Below, one piece after another: positions 30,184 through 39,593 of a DNA stretch of 57,296 bases. Origin of the DNA: Gemmatimonadota bacterium. Lineage in GTDB: Bacteria; Gemmatimonadota; Gemmatimonadetes; Longimicrobiales; RSA9. The stretch covers positions 1 through 57,296 of the forward strand of contig JBQTID010000074.1 in assembly GCA_052389275.1 (NCBI GenBank). The letters are read 5' to 3'. The notes below the pieces were generated by a model. It ran no database searches and was not told where the DNA came from. It saw only the letters and a program-made list of their open reading frames with translations. Made by a program: the position numbers and the translations under genes. The number at the start of each line of letters is the position of its first letter. The stretch's first letter is position 1.

Positions 30184-31053
30184 ATGTCGTCCATGTTCGT
30201 TAGTTCCCGTGCTTTGGATTCGTTTGATCAGTACCTCTACGATGTCGAGAAATACCCCCTCATCGAGAACGCCGAGGAAGAGCGGCAGCTCGCGCGACGC
30301 GCACGCGTCGGCGACAAGGAGGCTGCCGAGCGGCTGGTGACCGCAAACCTCCGGTTCGTCATCTCATACGTCAAGAAATATCAGGGGCGTGGTCTCGGCC
30401 TGGCAGAGCTGGTGTGCATTGGCAATGAAGGTTTGCTGAAGGCCGTCAAGAAGTTCGATCCGGACAAGGGTGTAAAGTTCATCTCGTACGCAGTGTGGTG
30501 GATTCGCCAGACCGTGCTCCAGGCGCTCGCTGAGCAGACACGCTCGGTTCGTATTCCGCTCAACCAGAACTCGAATCTGGTCAAGCTGTCACGCACCGAG
30601 ACCGCGCTGACTCAGCTGCTCGGCCGTTCGCCGACCGACCAGGAAATCGCCAACGAGATGGGCGAGCCGGTCGAGACTGTGCGAGCACTGCGGCGTGTTG
30701 CCGCGTCAGAGCTTTCGCTCGACGCGCCGATCGACCGTGGTGATCGTGACAGTGCTTCATTCGGTGAGCGTTTCGCCGGCGCCGAAGCAGAAGACATTGA
30801 AGAGACCGTCGAGTCGCAAGCGCAGCGTGAGTTTCTCGATCGCATGTTCGAGAAGTATCTCACCGAGCGCGAGCGCAAGATTCTGTATCTCTACTACGGT
30901 CTCGATGATGGCGAGGAGCGCACGCTCGAGGAGATCGGTTCACTGCTTGGTGTGACGCGCGAGCGCATCCGTCAGATCCGCAACCGCGCGTTCGAGAAGC
31001 TGCGTGAGAGTCCGGACGGCGAGGCACTGGCAACCTTCTGGTCAGCCAACTGA
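30184..31053 (+). CDS. RpoD/SigA-family sigma factor lacking region 1.1
   Basis: ANLRFVISYVKKY, KFISYAVWWIRQ, TLEEIG..VTRERIRQI. Confidence 0.93.
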   Translation: MSSMFVSSRALDSFDQYLYDVEKYPLIENAEEERQLARRARVGDKEAAERLVTANLRFVISYVKKYQGRGLGLAELVCIGNEGLLKAVKKFDPDKGVKFISYAVWWIRQTVLQALAEQTRSVRIPLNQNSNLVKLSRTETALTQLLGRSPTDQEIANEMGEPVETVRALRRVAASELSLDAPIDRGDRDSASFGERFAGAEAEDIEETVESQAQREFLDRMFEKYLTERERKILYLYYGLDDGEERTLEEIGSLLGVTRERIRQIRNRAFEKLRESPDGEALATFWSAN

Positions 31054-31077
31054 AGAATCTGCGATGCTGCAACAATG

Positions 31078-31107
31078 AAGGCCCGCCTTTCGGCGGGCCT
31101 TTTATTT
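31078..31107. terminator. Terminator hairpin between convergent genes
   Basis: AAGGCCCGCC-TTTC-GGCGGGCCTT followed by TTATTT. Confidence 0.8.
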
Positions 31108-32242
31108 ATGTCCGAGGCTTTGCGGTTCGACCGGTGCTCGAGCCGCTGGACGATGATCCGCCAGAGTCACTGCCATTGGAGCCTTTGGTGCTGGTGGTGC
31201 TGCCGGTCGGCTTCGGTGACGGACTGTTCTCGCGTGCCGTCGAGCTGCTACTCGAGTTGCCGCTGCTGTAGCCTTTGCGTGTGACGCGCGCACTCGGGTT
31301 CGGCGTTGTCGGATTGCGAACGACAATGACCGGCGCCCCATGGTATCCCCAGCCGCTGCCGTAACCCCACGGCGAAAAAGACCGGCCGTAGCGGTAACAC
31401 CGATTGTAGCCGTAATCATGGCTGTAGCCTATCGGTCCCATCCACGGATCGTAGGGCCGTGTATGGCATGGATCGTATCCGTAGGTGCGGCGCCCTCTGT
31501 CATCGACTCTCTCGGTTCGTGTCCGCACGGCGAAGTGTTCGGGATTGGACACCGCGACCAGCACGTCGATGACGCTCGCGGGCACGCCCGCGTCGGCGAG
31601 TGAGACGAGCTTCTTGCCGGTGAGATCGAATGCCTGGCCTGCTTCGGTCAGCCAGGCCATCACGGCATCGGCGTGGATCGCTGCAACCGCTTCCTGGACA
31701 TCCGCGAGGTCGATCAGACTGCCCGCTGCGCTGCGCGCAGTCTCGCGCGCAAGCCGGTTCGCGCGCAGCGACCGTGCGATATCCTTGGGGATCCCATTCT
31801 CGTTGGCCGCGGCGTAGCGCGCCGAGCGCGTGCTCGTGTTCTCGCCGGAAGTGATGGCTTGTACGTTCAGCCATTCGGTGCCGAGTATCGCCATTACGCC
31901 CGATACTTTGCGTTGCGTACGCTCGCCGCATGTCATGTCGGACAGCAGGAACAGCCGCTGCTCATCCTCCGACCAGCGCGCCTGCTGAGTGCCCGTGCAG
32001 CCCTCATCACTGAATGGCCTGGCGACGCCGTCCGCTATGATACGCGTCTCGCTTTCGACGGCGCCGCCTACATACCGCACCATGCGAGCGCCCGCGCCAT
32101 CCGGGACAATGCAGACCAGAGTGTTTTCGGCATCTTCGACCGCGCGCCAGCAGCCCTGCCACGCGAGCCACGCGCCGTCAGACGACACCGGGGCGGTTAC
32201 ACCCGCTGCGGTGATTACGCTGAGCAATAGCGTCGTAATCAT
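31106..32242 (-). CDS. Secreted hypothetical protein with Tyr/Gly-rich segment and Ser-rich tail
   Basis: GGGAG RBS, signal peptide, WLAWQGCW motif, low-complexity C-terminus. Confidence 0.7.
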   Translation of the reverse strand: MITTLLLSVITAAGVTAPVSSDGAWLAWQGCWRAVEDAENTLVCIVPDGAGARMVRYVGGAVESETRIIADGVARPFSDEGCTGTQQARWSEDEQRLFLLSDMTCGERTQRKVSGVMAILGTEWLNVQAITSGENTSTRSARYAAANENGIPKDIARSLRANRLARETARSAAGSLIDLADVQEAVAAIHADAVMAWLTEAGQAFDLTGKKLVSLADAGVPASVIDVLVAVSNPEHFAVRTRTERVDDRGRRTYGYDPCHTRPYDPWMGPIGYSHDYGYNRCYRYGRSFSPWGYGSGWGYHGAPVIVVRNPTTPNPSARVTRKGYSSGNSSSSSTARENSPSPKPTGSTTSTKGSNGSDSGGSSSSGSSTGRTAKPRT

Positions 32243-32253
32243 GGTTGTTCTCC

Positions 32254-32994
32254 CTAGAAGCGAAGCGCGAGCCCCGCGGTAATTTGAAAACCACGCAAAT
32301 CGATATTGCCAAAATCGGCGAAGTCTGTCTCGAGATCGCCGCTCGCCCACGAATAACGGCCTTCCGCACTGATGCCAACGCGCGGCGTGAACCACAACTC
32401 ACTGCCGCCGCCAACGTGCAACGTAGCGCCGCCACCACTCGATTCAAACCTGCGTCTGAAGACCTCGAGCGACTCGTGATCCACGAAATCGCCGTGCTGC
32501 TCGAGATCGTAGAACATGTAGCCTGCGCCGGCCGTCACAAAGGGCGTGACGTTCGTCGGCACCCATGTGTGCGTGCTCAGGCTGCGGCCTCGCGGCAGAA
32601 TGTAGTACTTCGCGCCGACGGTGAGCGGTATGCGGTCGAAGCTCGTGGTCTGCTCGATCGGCATATCATCCTGATCGACCCAATCGCGAAACTCGGAGCG
32701 ATTGGTGGACCCGTCATAGGCGATCCCGAGTAACACATCGAATTGACGCGTCACGCGGATGCCGACATCGGCGGCCAACGCAACCGTTCTGAAGTCGCCG
32801 CGCTCGAGCGTCAGCTCGCGCGTGAAGAAATCGAAGAGCTGATCATTTGCGCTTGGGTTCGCCGCGCCGACGCGCACGCTGATGGTCGCATCCGGCGGCC
32901 CGAACATGAAACCGGACTGCGCGTGCGCACGCGCCGGGAGGATGGCAAAAGCCAGTGTGAAGGCAAGGACGAAAGTCGATCGAGCGGCGCGCAT
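32254..32994 (-). CDS. Outer-membrane beta-barrel protein
   Basis: Signal peptide ending AHA-Q; amphipathic strands; terminal GLALRF. Confidence 0.8.
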   Translation of the reverse strand: MRAARSTFVLAFTLAFAILPARAHAQSGFMFGPPDATISVRVGAANPSANDQLFDFFTRELTLERGDFRTVALAADVGIRVTRQFDVLLGIAYDGSTNRSEFRDWVDQDDMPIEQTTSFDRIPLTVGAKYYILPRGRSLSTHTWVPTNVTPFVTAGAGYMFYDLEQHGDFVDHESLEVFRRRFESSGGGATLHVGGGSELWFTPRVGISAEGRYSWASGDLETDFADFGNIDLRGFQITAGLALRF

Positions 32995-33005
32995 TGGACC
33001 CCTCT

Positions 33006-33060
33006 CATGGGAGCATGGGAGCATGGGAGCATGGGAGCATGGGAGCATGGGAGCATGGGA
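33006..33060. repeat. 8-bp tandem repeat (CATGGGAG), about 7 copies
   Basis: Same unit as 5368-5407 in the opposite orientation; lies between divergent genes. Confidence 0.95.
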
Positions 33061-33126
33061 ACTATGCCGTACATCATGTTGTGGTGCTACTGCCGCGTTT
33101 CCAGGAAGGTTCCTTATCTTAACCGC

Positions 33127-33909
33127 ATGAGAGTTCTGGCTGCGACACTTGCTATCTCCCTGCTTTTCGGTCGCGGCGCCGACGCTCAGGGGCTCGACCA
33201 TTCCGGCTACCACGTGGTGCTCGCCAAGTACGTGTCGGAAATGGGGATACGCTACTCCGAACTGAAGGCCGACCGCTCGCGGCTAGACTTGTACGTCGCG
33301 GGCCTGGGCACGATAAGCGAGGCAGAGTTCGATCAATGGCCGCGCGCCTGGAAGCTGGCCTACCTGATCAATGCCTACAACGCGCTGGTGCTCCAGCAGG
33401 TACTGGACAACTACCCGATCAAGCGCTCTCTGAATCCCACGGCACTGATCCGGCCGGCCAATTCGGTATGGCAGGTGGCGGGCTTTTTCGGCGGGATCCG
33501 GCACCGGGTGGCTGGACGTTCGCTCACGCTGGATCAGATCGAGCACGAGCTGCTGCGCGCGCAATTGAAGGAGCCGCGCATCCACGCGGCGCTGGTGTGC
33601 GCGGCGGTCTCGTGTCCGCCGCTGCGGGCCGAGCCCTACGAGGCAGCGCGCATCGACGCACAGCTCGACGATCAGTGGCGCCGATTTCTCGCAGACGCCG
33701 CGCGCAATCGCTTCGATCGGGAACGTGGTGAGCTGAAACTCTCCGAGATTTTCAAATGGTTCGCGGGCGACTTCGGTGGTTCTGACGGTGTAGTCGACTT
33801 CATCTCAGACTATGTCGACGCACCGACCCAGGCCTGGCTGCGCGCCAGCAAGTACCGGCTCACGTATTTCGATTACGACTGGACCCTGAATGATGCTTCG
33901 CCGCGCTAG
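33127..33909 (+). CDS. DUF547-domain secreted protein
   Basis: KLAYLINAYNA, LDQIEH, EPRIHAALVCAAVSCPPL, YDWTLN motifs. Confidence 0.9.
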   Translation: MRVLAATLAISLLFGRGADAQGLDHSGYHVVLAKYVSEMGIRYSELKADRSRLDLYVAGLGTISEAEFDQWPRAWKLAYLINAYNALVLQQVLDNYPIKRSLNPTALIRPANSVWQVAGFFGGIRHRVAGRSLTLDQIEHELLRAQLKEPRIHAALVCAAVSCPPLRAEPYEAARIDAQLDDQWRRFLADAARNRFDRERGELKLSEIFKWFAGDFGGSDGVVDFISDYVDAPTQAWLRASKYRLTYFDYDWTLNDASPR

Positions 33910-35914
33910 CTGCGCGCTTCTGTTTCTCCTCATTGCACGCTCCGCATTCGCACAGGATCCGCTCGGCTGGAATTCGGCGCGCGCGCTCGAGCTGATCGAT
34001 CGTGCACGCGTGCGTCGCGAGCTGCCGCGCGGCGATACGTCGCTCCAGAATTACCAGGCAAAGGCTAACGGCTACGTCTATTTCTACCTGGATCGCCGCG
34101 AGGATAACGAGCGCACGCTCGTGAAGGTCGATCAGATTGCGCTCGACCTTTTCTGGAAGCGGCCGAACCTGACGAAGCAGCGCATTGTCGGTATGCGTGA
34201 CGTGAGCCGGCTGCCCAATCGCATGTATTACCATCTGGATCATCTGACGGTCGTGCAGAACAATCTCGGCGATGTAATCCGCATTGGTGATGGCGACGAG
34301 GTGCGCGACGTGCCCCATCCCGCCGCAGCCGGTGCCGATTCCATTTACGATTATCGGCTCGCCGATTCGGTGACGCTTCAGCTGGGCGGCGGGCAGGGCG
34401 ATGTGCGCGTATACGAGCTACAGGTCCGTCCGAAGCGTACCGATCGCTCCGCACTGATCGGATCGGTGTTCGTCGATCGCGATGCTGCCGACATCGTTCG
34501 CATGACTTTCACATTCACGCCGGTTTCGTACGTGGACCGGCGGCTTGACTACATCAACATCTCCCTCGATAACGGACTGTTCGGTGGCCGATACTGGCTG
34601 CCGAACGAGCAGAGCGTCGAGATCCGCAGACAGCTTCCCGAGCTGGATTTCGCGGCGGGCGCGGTCATCAAGGGACGGCTGCGCGTGTCGGCGTACGAGT
34701 TCAATGAACCAATTCCCGACTCCGTCTTCTACGGCCGGCCGGTCAGCGCCGCGCCCGAGCACGAGCGTGAAAGTTTCCCATTTCCGGAAGACATCTATGC
34801 CGGCGTGAACGAAGAAGGCCTCGCGCCGCCGCCGCAAATGGAGGATTTGCGCGCGCGCGCCGCCGAGCTGATCGGTGAATCGAGGTTGAGTGGCTTGCCG
34901 GCGTGGCGGCTGTACGTGCCGAACGCGTCGAGCGTGCTGCGGCACAACGATGCAGAAGGCTGGTACGCCGGGCTCGGTGTCGCTTACGTGCCATCTCCGA
35001 CTTTCCGCGTCGACGTCACCGGCGGCTACGCGTTCGGCGCGGCGAAGCCCGAGGCAGTCGTGGCTTTACGATTGAATGCGGGGCACAACGCGGTAACCCT
35101 GACAGCGCATTACAACCAGCCGCGCGATGCCGGACTCGCCTCCGGCGTGCCAGAAGCCTTCAACACGCTAAGCACGGCGTTTGGCGGGCGCGACTATACG
35201 GATATCTATTTCGTGCGCGGCGCGCGCGTTGACTTTGCCGGCGCGGTAAATCAATGGAATCTGGGCTTTGGGTTGAGCGCCGAACGACACGATGCGGTTG
35301 GCGCGGATGATACAGCGCCGCTTGTTACGGGCTTCGATCCTGGAAGGTTGTTCGGTTTGCACGTGTTCGCTACGAAGCCGCTCAAGACGCAAGGCACATT
35401 CACGTGGGGCGGATCGGCAGCCTTGAGTGGATACGGCTTCGATCGCGCTGAGAGCTTCGCCACAAGAGAGGCGATTTTTCGGCTCCTACTACGGGCGGAT
35501 GTCCGGCGTAGCTCGGAAGACAAGCGGCGTGACCTGTTCGCGCGCGCGATTTTCGGGCGCAATCTCGGGCCTGCACCCGCGCAGTTCTCTTTCCCGATCG
35601 GCGGGCGCGAGACACTGCCCGGCTATGACTATCGGACGTTCGTCAGCGAAGAGGAAGCCGCGCTGGCTCGCGTAGAGTATTCACACACCGTCGCGTCGCC
35701 ATGGCTCAGATTGCGTGCGCTCGGCTACGCCGCGATCACGTCTCAGCCTGCAGTCGAGGGCGACATTATCCTCAATTCGCTGGAGCGGCGCGTGCGCGGC
35801 AGCACCGGTCTCGGCGTCGGCCTGCTGTGGGACGTCCTTCGCGTCGATTTCGTGAAGGGCGCCCACTGGCAGACCATTTTCTCCGTGCGCCACGACTTCT
35901 GGGACATGCTATAG
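33890..35914 (+). CDS. Large outer-membrane/secreted hypothetical protein with probable C-terminal beta-barrel
   Basis: Signal peptide, YWLP motif, LPGY..F and beta-strand-rich C-terminus. Confidence 0.7.
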   Translation: MMLRRASCALLFLLIARSAFAQDPLGWNSARALELIDRARVRRELPRGDTSLQNYQAKANGYVYFYLDRREDNERTLVKVDQIALDLFWKRPNLTKQRIVGMRDVSRLPNRMYYHLDHLTVVQNNLGDVIRIGDGDEVRDVPHPAAAGADSIYDYRLADSVTLQLGGGQGDVRVYELQVRPKRTDRSALIGSVFVDRDAADIVRMTFTFTPVSYVDRRLDYINISLDNGLFGGRYWLPNEQSVEIRRQLPELDFAAGAVIKGRLRVSAYEFNEPIPDSVFYGRPVSAAPEHERESFPFPEDIYAGVNEEGLAPPPQMEDLRARAAELIGESRLSGLPAWRLYVPNASSVLRHNDAEGWYAGLGVAYVPSPTFRVDVTGGYAFGAAKPEAVVALRLNAGHNAVTLTAHYNQPRDAGLASGVPEAFNTLSTAFGGRDYTDIYFVRGARVDFAGAVNQWNLGFGLSAERHDAVGADDTAPLVTGFDPGRLFGLHVFATKPLKTQGTFTWGGSAALSGYGFDRAESFATREAIFRLLLRADVRRSSEDKRRDLFARAIFGRNLGPAPAQFSFPIGGRETLPGYDYRTFVSEEEAALARVEYSHTVASPWLRLRALGYAAITSQPAVEGDIILNSLERRVRGSTGLGVGLLWDVLRVDFVKGAHWQTIFSVRHDFWDML

Positions 35915-35929
35915 CGATAGGCTAGCGAG

Positions 35930-36316
35930 TTACTCTTCGTCTTCGTCCTCATTAGCATCGGCATCTTCAGGGTTGCCATTGCCATTCTTCGGCGCACCGA
36001 GCATCACGAGCTCGCGCACGGTCACTTCCGCGGTTGGAATCGTGACGCCGTTCTTCTCGAACGAGTCATACTCCATGCGCCCTTCCACATAGACGCGATC
36101 GCCTTTGCGTACATAGTCCTCTGCGAGCTGTGCGAGCCGGTCCCATAACGTGAGACGGTGCCACTCGGTACGGTCCTCGAAGCTGCCGTTGCGCTGGATG
36201 CGGCGGCTGGTCGCGAGCGAGACGTGCGCGACCTTGGTGCCGGCATTGGTGGTCTGGATGTCCGGGTCGCGCCCGATGTTGCCGACCAGAATGACTTTGT
36301 TGACGCTGCGAGACAT
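35930..36316 (-). CDS. ssb: Single-stranded DNA-binding protein (short form)
   Basis: MSRSVNKVILVGNIGRDP, TEWHR, KGDRVYVEG; acidic tail. Confidence 0.92.
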   Translation of the reverse strand: MSRSVNKVILVGNIGRDPDIQTTNAGTKVAHVSLATSRRIQRNGSFEDRTEWHRLTLWDRLAQLAEDYVRKGDRVYVEGRMEYDSFEKNGVTIPTAEVTVRELVMLGAPKNGNGNPEDADANEDEDEE

Positions 36317-36384
36317 TGCGAGCCTCCATGGAATGAGAGTGTGGAGGCGAATGATGAAGTGGGATTCGGGGCAGCTACATAGTG

Positions 36385-36515
36385 GTAACGGACGTTCACG
36401 TTCACGTTCGCGTTTACGTGTACGGCGGCCAATCAAGCGGTTCGCTTGAGGACAAACCGGCGCGCTAACCGTACACGTGCACGTGAACGTGAACGTGAAC
36501 GTACACGTCCGTTAC
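36385..36515. repeat. Palindromic element with hexamer tandem-repeat arms
   Basis: GTAACGGACG(TTCACG)n..GTGTACGG / CCGTACAC..(CGTGAA)n..CGTCCGTTAC; overlaps the polA stop codon. Confidence 0.9.
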
Positions 36516-39256
36516 TTGGTCTCGTACCAATTCTGACCAACCCCGCTCGCGACCTCCAGCGGCACCCGCAACGGCACGGCATTCCGCATCTCGTGAAGCA
36601 CCAGCTCGCGCGTCTCGTCTATGACATCGACCGGTATTTCGAAGACCAGTTCGTCATGCACCTGCAGCAGCATGCGAGATCCATTGTTTCTCCCACGAAG
36701 CGCATGGTGGATGTTGATCATTGCAATCTTGATGATGTCCGCGGCACTGCCCTGCACCGGCGCATTCTGGGCGGCGCGCTCGCCGAAGCTGCGGATGTTG
36801 TAGTTGGGACTCTGGATCTCGGGGATGTAGCGACGTCGGCCTGAGATGGTTTCGACGTAGCCTTTCGCGCGCGCTTTCTTCACCTGCTCGTCCAGGAAGT
36901 CGCGCACGCCGGAGAAGCGCACGAAATACTGTTCGATGAAGCGCTTCGCTTCCTGCGTGGTGATGCCGAGCTGGCGCGAGAGAGCGAACGGACCCTGGCC
37001 GTAGATGGTCGCGAAGTTGATGGTCTTCGCGGCCGCGCGCTGGTCCGCTGTCACGTTCTCGAGCGGCACGTCGAAGACGAGGGCGGCCGTGCGCTTGTGC
37101 ACGTCGCCGCCGTGCTGGAACGCATCGATCAGGGCCGTGTCCATAGCCAAATGGGCGAGGATGCGCAGCTCGATTTGTGAGTAGTCCGCGCTCAGAAAAA
37201 CGTGACCCTTCGCCGGCACGAAACCTTTGCGGATCTCGGCGCCGGTCTCGGTGCGAATCGGGATGTTTTGGAGGTTCGGATCCTGGGATGACAGCCGGCC
37301 GGTGGCCGCGACAGTCTGGTTGTAGTAGGTGTGGATGCGGCCTGTTTGCCGGTTGATCAGCGGCGGCAACGCATCGACGTACGTGCCTTTCAACTTGTCG
37401 AGCTGACGGTACTGGATGATCAGGCTCGGCAGCTCATGACCGAGCTCCGCCAATTCCTGAAGCACCTCGACATCGGTCGATGCTCCGGTCTTCGTCTTCT
37501 TGACTACCGGCAACTGCAGTTTATCGAAAAGAACTTCCCGCAGCTGCTGCGGCGAGCCGATGTTGAACTGCGTGCCCGCGACGTCGAAGATCTTCTGCTG
37601 CACGGCGGCCAGCTCCTGGTTGAGCCGCGCGCCGAAAGCGTGGAAGTAATCGAGATCGATCGTGATGCCGGTGGACTCCATGTCGGCAAGCACGTCGATC
37701 AGCGCCAGCTCGATGTCGCGATACAGCCGATCGAGATGCAGGCTCTCCAATTCCGGCCTGAATCTCTGCTCGAGGCGGATGGCGACGTCGACATCTTCAC
37801 CCGCGTACTCCTTCACTTTTTCGACATCGCACTCGGCAATCGACTTGTGCTCCTTGCCTTTGCCGCACAGCTCATCGTAGGTGGTCGTGCGATAGTCGAA
37901 ATGCTGGAGCGCGAGCGAATCGAGTGTGTGGTCCTTGCGTCCGGGATCGAGCACGTACGATGCGATCATCGTGTCGAAGTCGATGCCGCGCATATTTACG
38001 CTCGCTCTACGCAGCACGACGTAGTCGTGCTTCAGGTTGTGGCCGATCTTGCGTATGGTTTCGTCTTCGAGCAGCGTGACCAGGTCGGCCAGCGACTTCA
38101 GCGGCGGCAGGTTGCCAGATGTAGGGCCACCGAGCGCGAGCTCGCCCGCCGTTTGATGACCGAATGGCAGATAGAAGGCTTCGAGCGACTCGAACGCGAT
38201 GCCGATACCGACCAGCTCGCCGAGCATTGGGTTGGCTTGCGAGTTCTCCGCAGCGATTGCGAGGTAGCCGAGCTTGCGGGCGCGCGCGACGAGGTCGGCG
38301 ACGCGCGACGTCGACTTGATCAGCTCGTAATTCGTGTCCTGCGGCTTGGTCTGCTCGACCGGCGCGGCGTACTCACGCACGAGCGTCGTGAACTCGAGCT
38401 CGATGAACAGCTGGCGCAGGCGCGCGCGGTCCGGTTCGCGCACTCTCAGCTCGTCCGGCTCGAGCGGCACCGGCAGATCGCATTTGATGGTGACCAGCTC
38501 TTTCGACAGGCGCACGTCCGCTTCGTGATTCTCCAGCGCCTCGCGTGGACGTTTGGCTTTGATTTCAGTGATGCGCGTGAGGATTTCTTCGACAGGGCCG
38601 AACTGCTCGATCAGCTGGATCGCGGTTTTCGGGCCGATTCCGGGCGCGCCCGGAATGTTGTCGGAGCTGTCGCCTATGAGCGCGAGGTAGTCGACGACGT
38701 GGTGCGGCGGCACGCCGAGTCGTTCCGCGGCGTTGCGTGTGTCGATCCACTCTTCCTCGACCATCGCGTTGCCGCCACGTCCGGGATTGAGCAGCGAGAT
38801 GCCGGGACGGATCAGCTGATAAAAATCCTTGTCGCCGGAGATGATGACCGCCTCGAGATCGTGATCCTGCGCGCGCATGGCGAGTGTGCCAATGACGTCG
38901 TCGGCTTCCTGGCCGGCGATCGCAATCACGGGGATGTTGAAGGCGTCTACGATCTGATGTATGCGCGGCAGCTGGAGCTCGAGATCGGTCGGCATCTTGT
39001 TCCGCGTCGCCTTGTACTCCGGATAGATCTCCGTGCGCTGGCTGGACCCGGCGTCGACCACTACGGCAAGGTAGTCGGGCGTGTGGTCCTCGAGGACGTT
39101 CAGAATGAAGCGCGTGAAGCCGTATGCGGCGGATGTATTTTCGCCGCGCGTCGTGATCAACGGCCGTTGAATCATCGCGAAGAACGCGCGGTAGATCAGC
39201 GCGTAGCCGTCGATCAGGAAGAGGCGCGGTTTTGTTTTCGTGGGGACTTCGACCAT
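36512..39256 (-). CDS. polA: DNA polymerase I
   Basis: 5'-3' exonuclease (LIDG..YRAF, EADD); polymerase motifs TGRLSS.DPNLQNIP, ADYSQIELR, QVHDEL. Confidence 0.97.
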   Translation of the reverse strand: MVEVPTKTKPRLFLIDGYALIYRAFFAMIQRPLITTRGENTSAAYGFTRFILNVLEDHTPDYLAVVVDAGSSQRTEIYPEYKATRNKMPTDLELQLPRIHQIVDAFNIPVIAIAGQEADDVIGTLAMRAQDHDLEAVIISGDKDFYQLIRPGISLLNPGRGGNAMVEEEWIDTRNAAERLGVPPHHVVDYLALIGDSSDNIPGAPGIGPKTAIQLIEQFGPVEEILTRITEIKAKRPREALENHEADVRLSKELVTIKCDLPVPLEPDELRVREPDRARLRQLFIELEFTTLVREYAAPVEQTKPQDTNYELIKSTSRVADLVARARKLGYLAIAAENSQANPMLGELVGIGIAFESLEAFYLPFGHQTAGELALGGPTSGNLPPLKSLADLVTLLEDETIRKIGHNLKHDYVVLRRASVNMRGIDFDTMIASYVLDPGRKDHTLDSLALQHFDYRTTTYDELCGKGKEHKSIAECDVEKVKEYAGEDVDVAIRLEQRFRPELESLHLDRLYRDIELALIDVLADMESTGITIDLDYFHAFGARLNQELAAVQQKIFDVAGTQFNIGSPQQLREVLFDKLQLPVVKKTKTGASTDVEVLQELAELGHELPSLIIQYRQLDKLKGTYVDALPPLINRQTGRIHTYYNQTVAATGRLSSQDPNLQNIPIRTETGAEIRKGFVPAKGHVFLSADYSQIELRILAHLAMDTALIDAFQHGGDVHKRTAALVFDVPLENVTADQRAAAKTINFATIYGQGPFALSRQLGITTQEAKRFIEQYFVRFSGVRDFLDEQVKKARAKGYVETISGRRRYIPEIQSPNYNIRSFGERAAQNAPVQGSAADIIKIAMINIHHALRGRNNGSRMLLQVHDELVFEIPVDVIDETRELVLHEMRNAVPLRVPLEVASGVGQNWYETK

Positions 39257-39336
39257 GGCGGTATTGTACCAGCGCGAACTACGGTTGGCACCTGCTGTCG
39301 AGTACTGTTGGACACTGAAGGGGTTCTGCTTCTTTC

Positions 39337-39507
39337 AACGCAGAGGAGGCCGCGAGCCAGAAGCCTTGGAACAGGATCGATCGTATCGCAGACAGGCTTG
39401 TTCTTTTTCGAATGTGCTGACAAGCAAATTGAAAAAAGTCCTGCTACTGGGCTGGTCTGGGGCCTGGTCGAAGACTAATCGGCCTGACGCGCGACCTCCT
39501 CTGCGTT
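39337..39507. repeat. MITE/REPIN-like element with 24-bp terminal inverted repeats
   Basis: AACGCAGAGGAGGCCGCGAGCCAG (39337-60) versus the reverse complement of 39484-39507, AACGCAGAGGAGGTCGCGCGTCAG (21/24 identical). Confidence 0.7.
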
Positions 39508-39593
39508 AGAAACAGCCGGCTCTCTTCCCTGAGGAATCGTACTCGAGCGCGGTCCACAGCTTGCACCCTTTGCTCGTTGAAAAGAGGCCCTTT

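Noticed and set aside
32995-33213. SHAPMLPC / WEHGSMGA peptide repeats in ORF extensions (also near 5350-5480 and 3628-3720)
   Set aside because: These are translations of non-coding 8-bp repeats; better starts with an RBS or signal peptide lie outside the repeats.
37331-39478. 715-aa plus-strand ORF
   Set aside because: It is an antisense shadow of polA in GC-rich DNA with no recognisable motifs.
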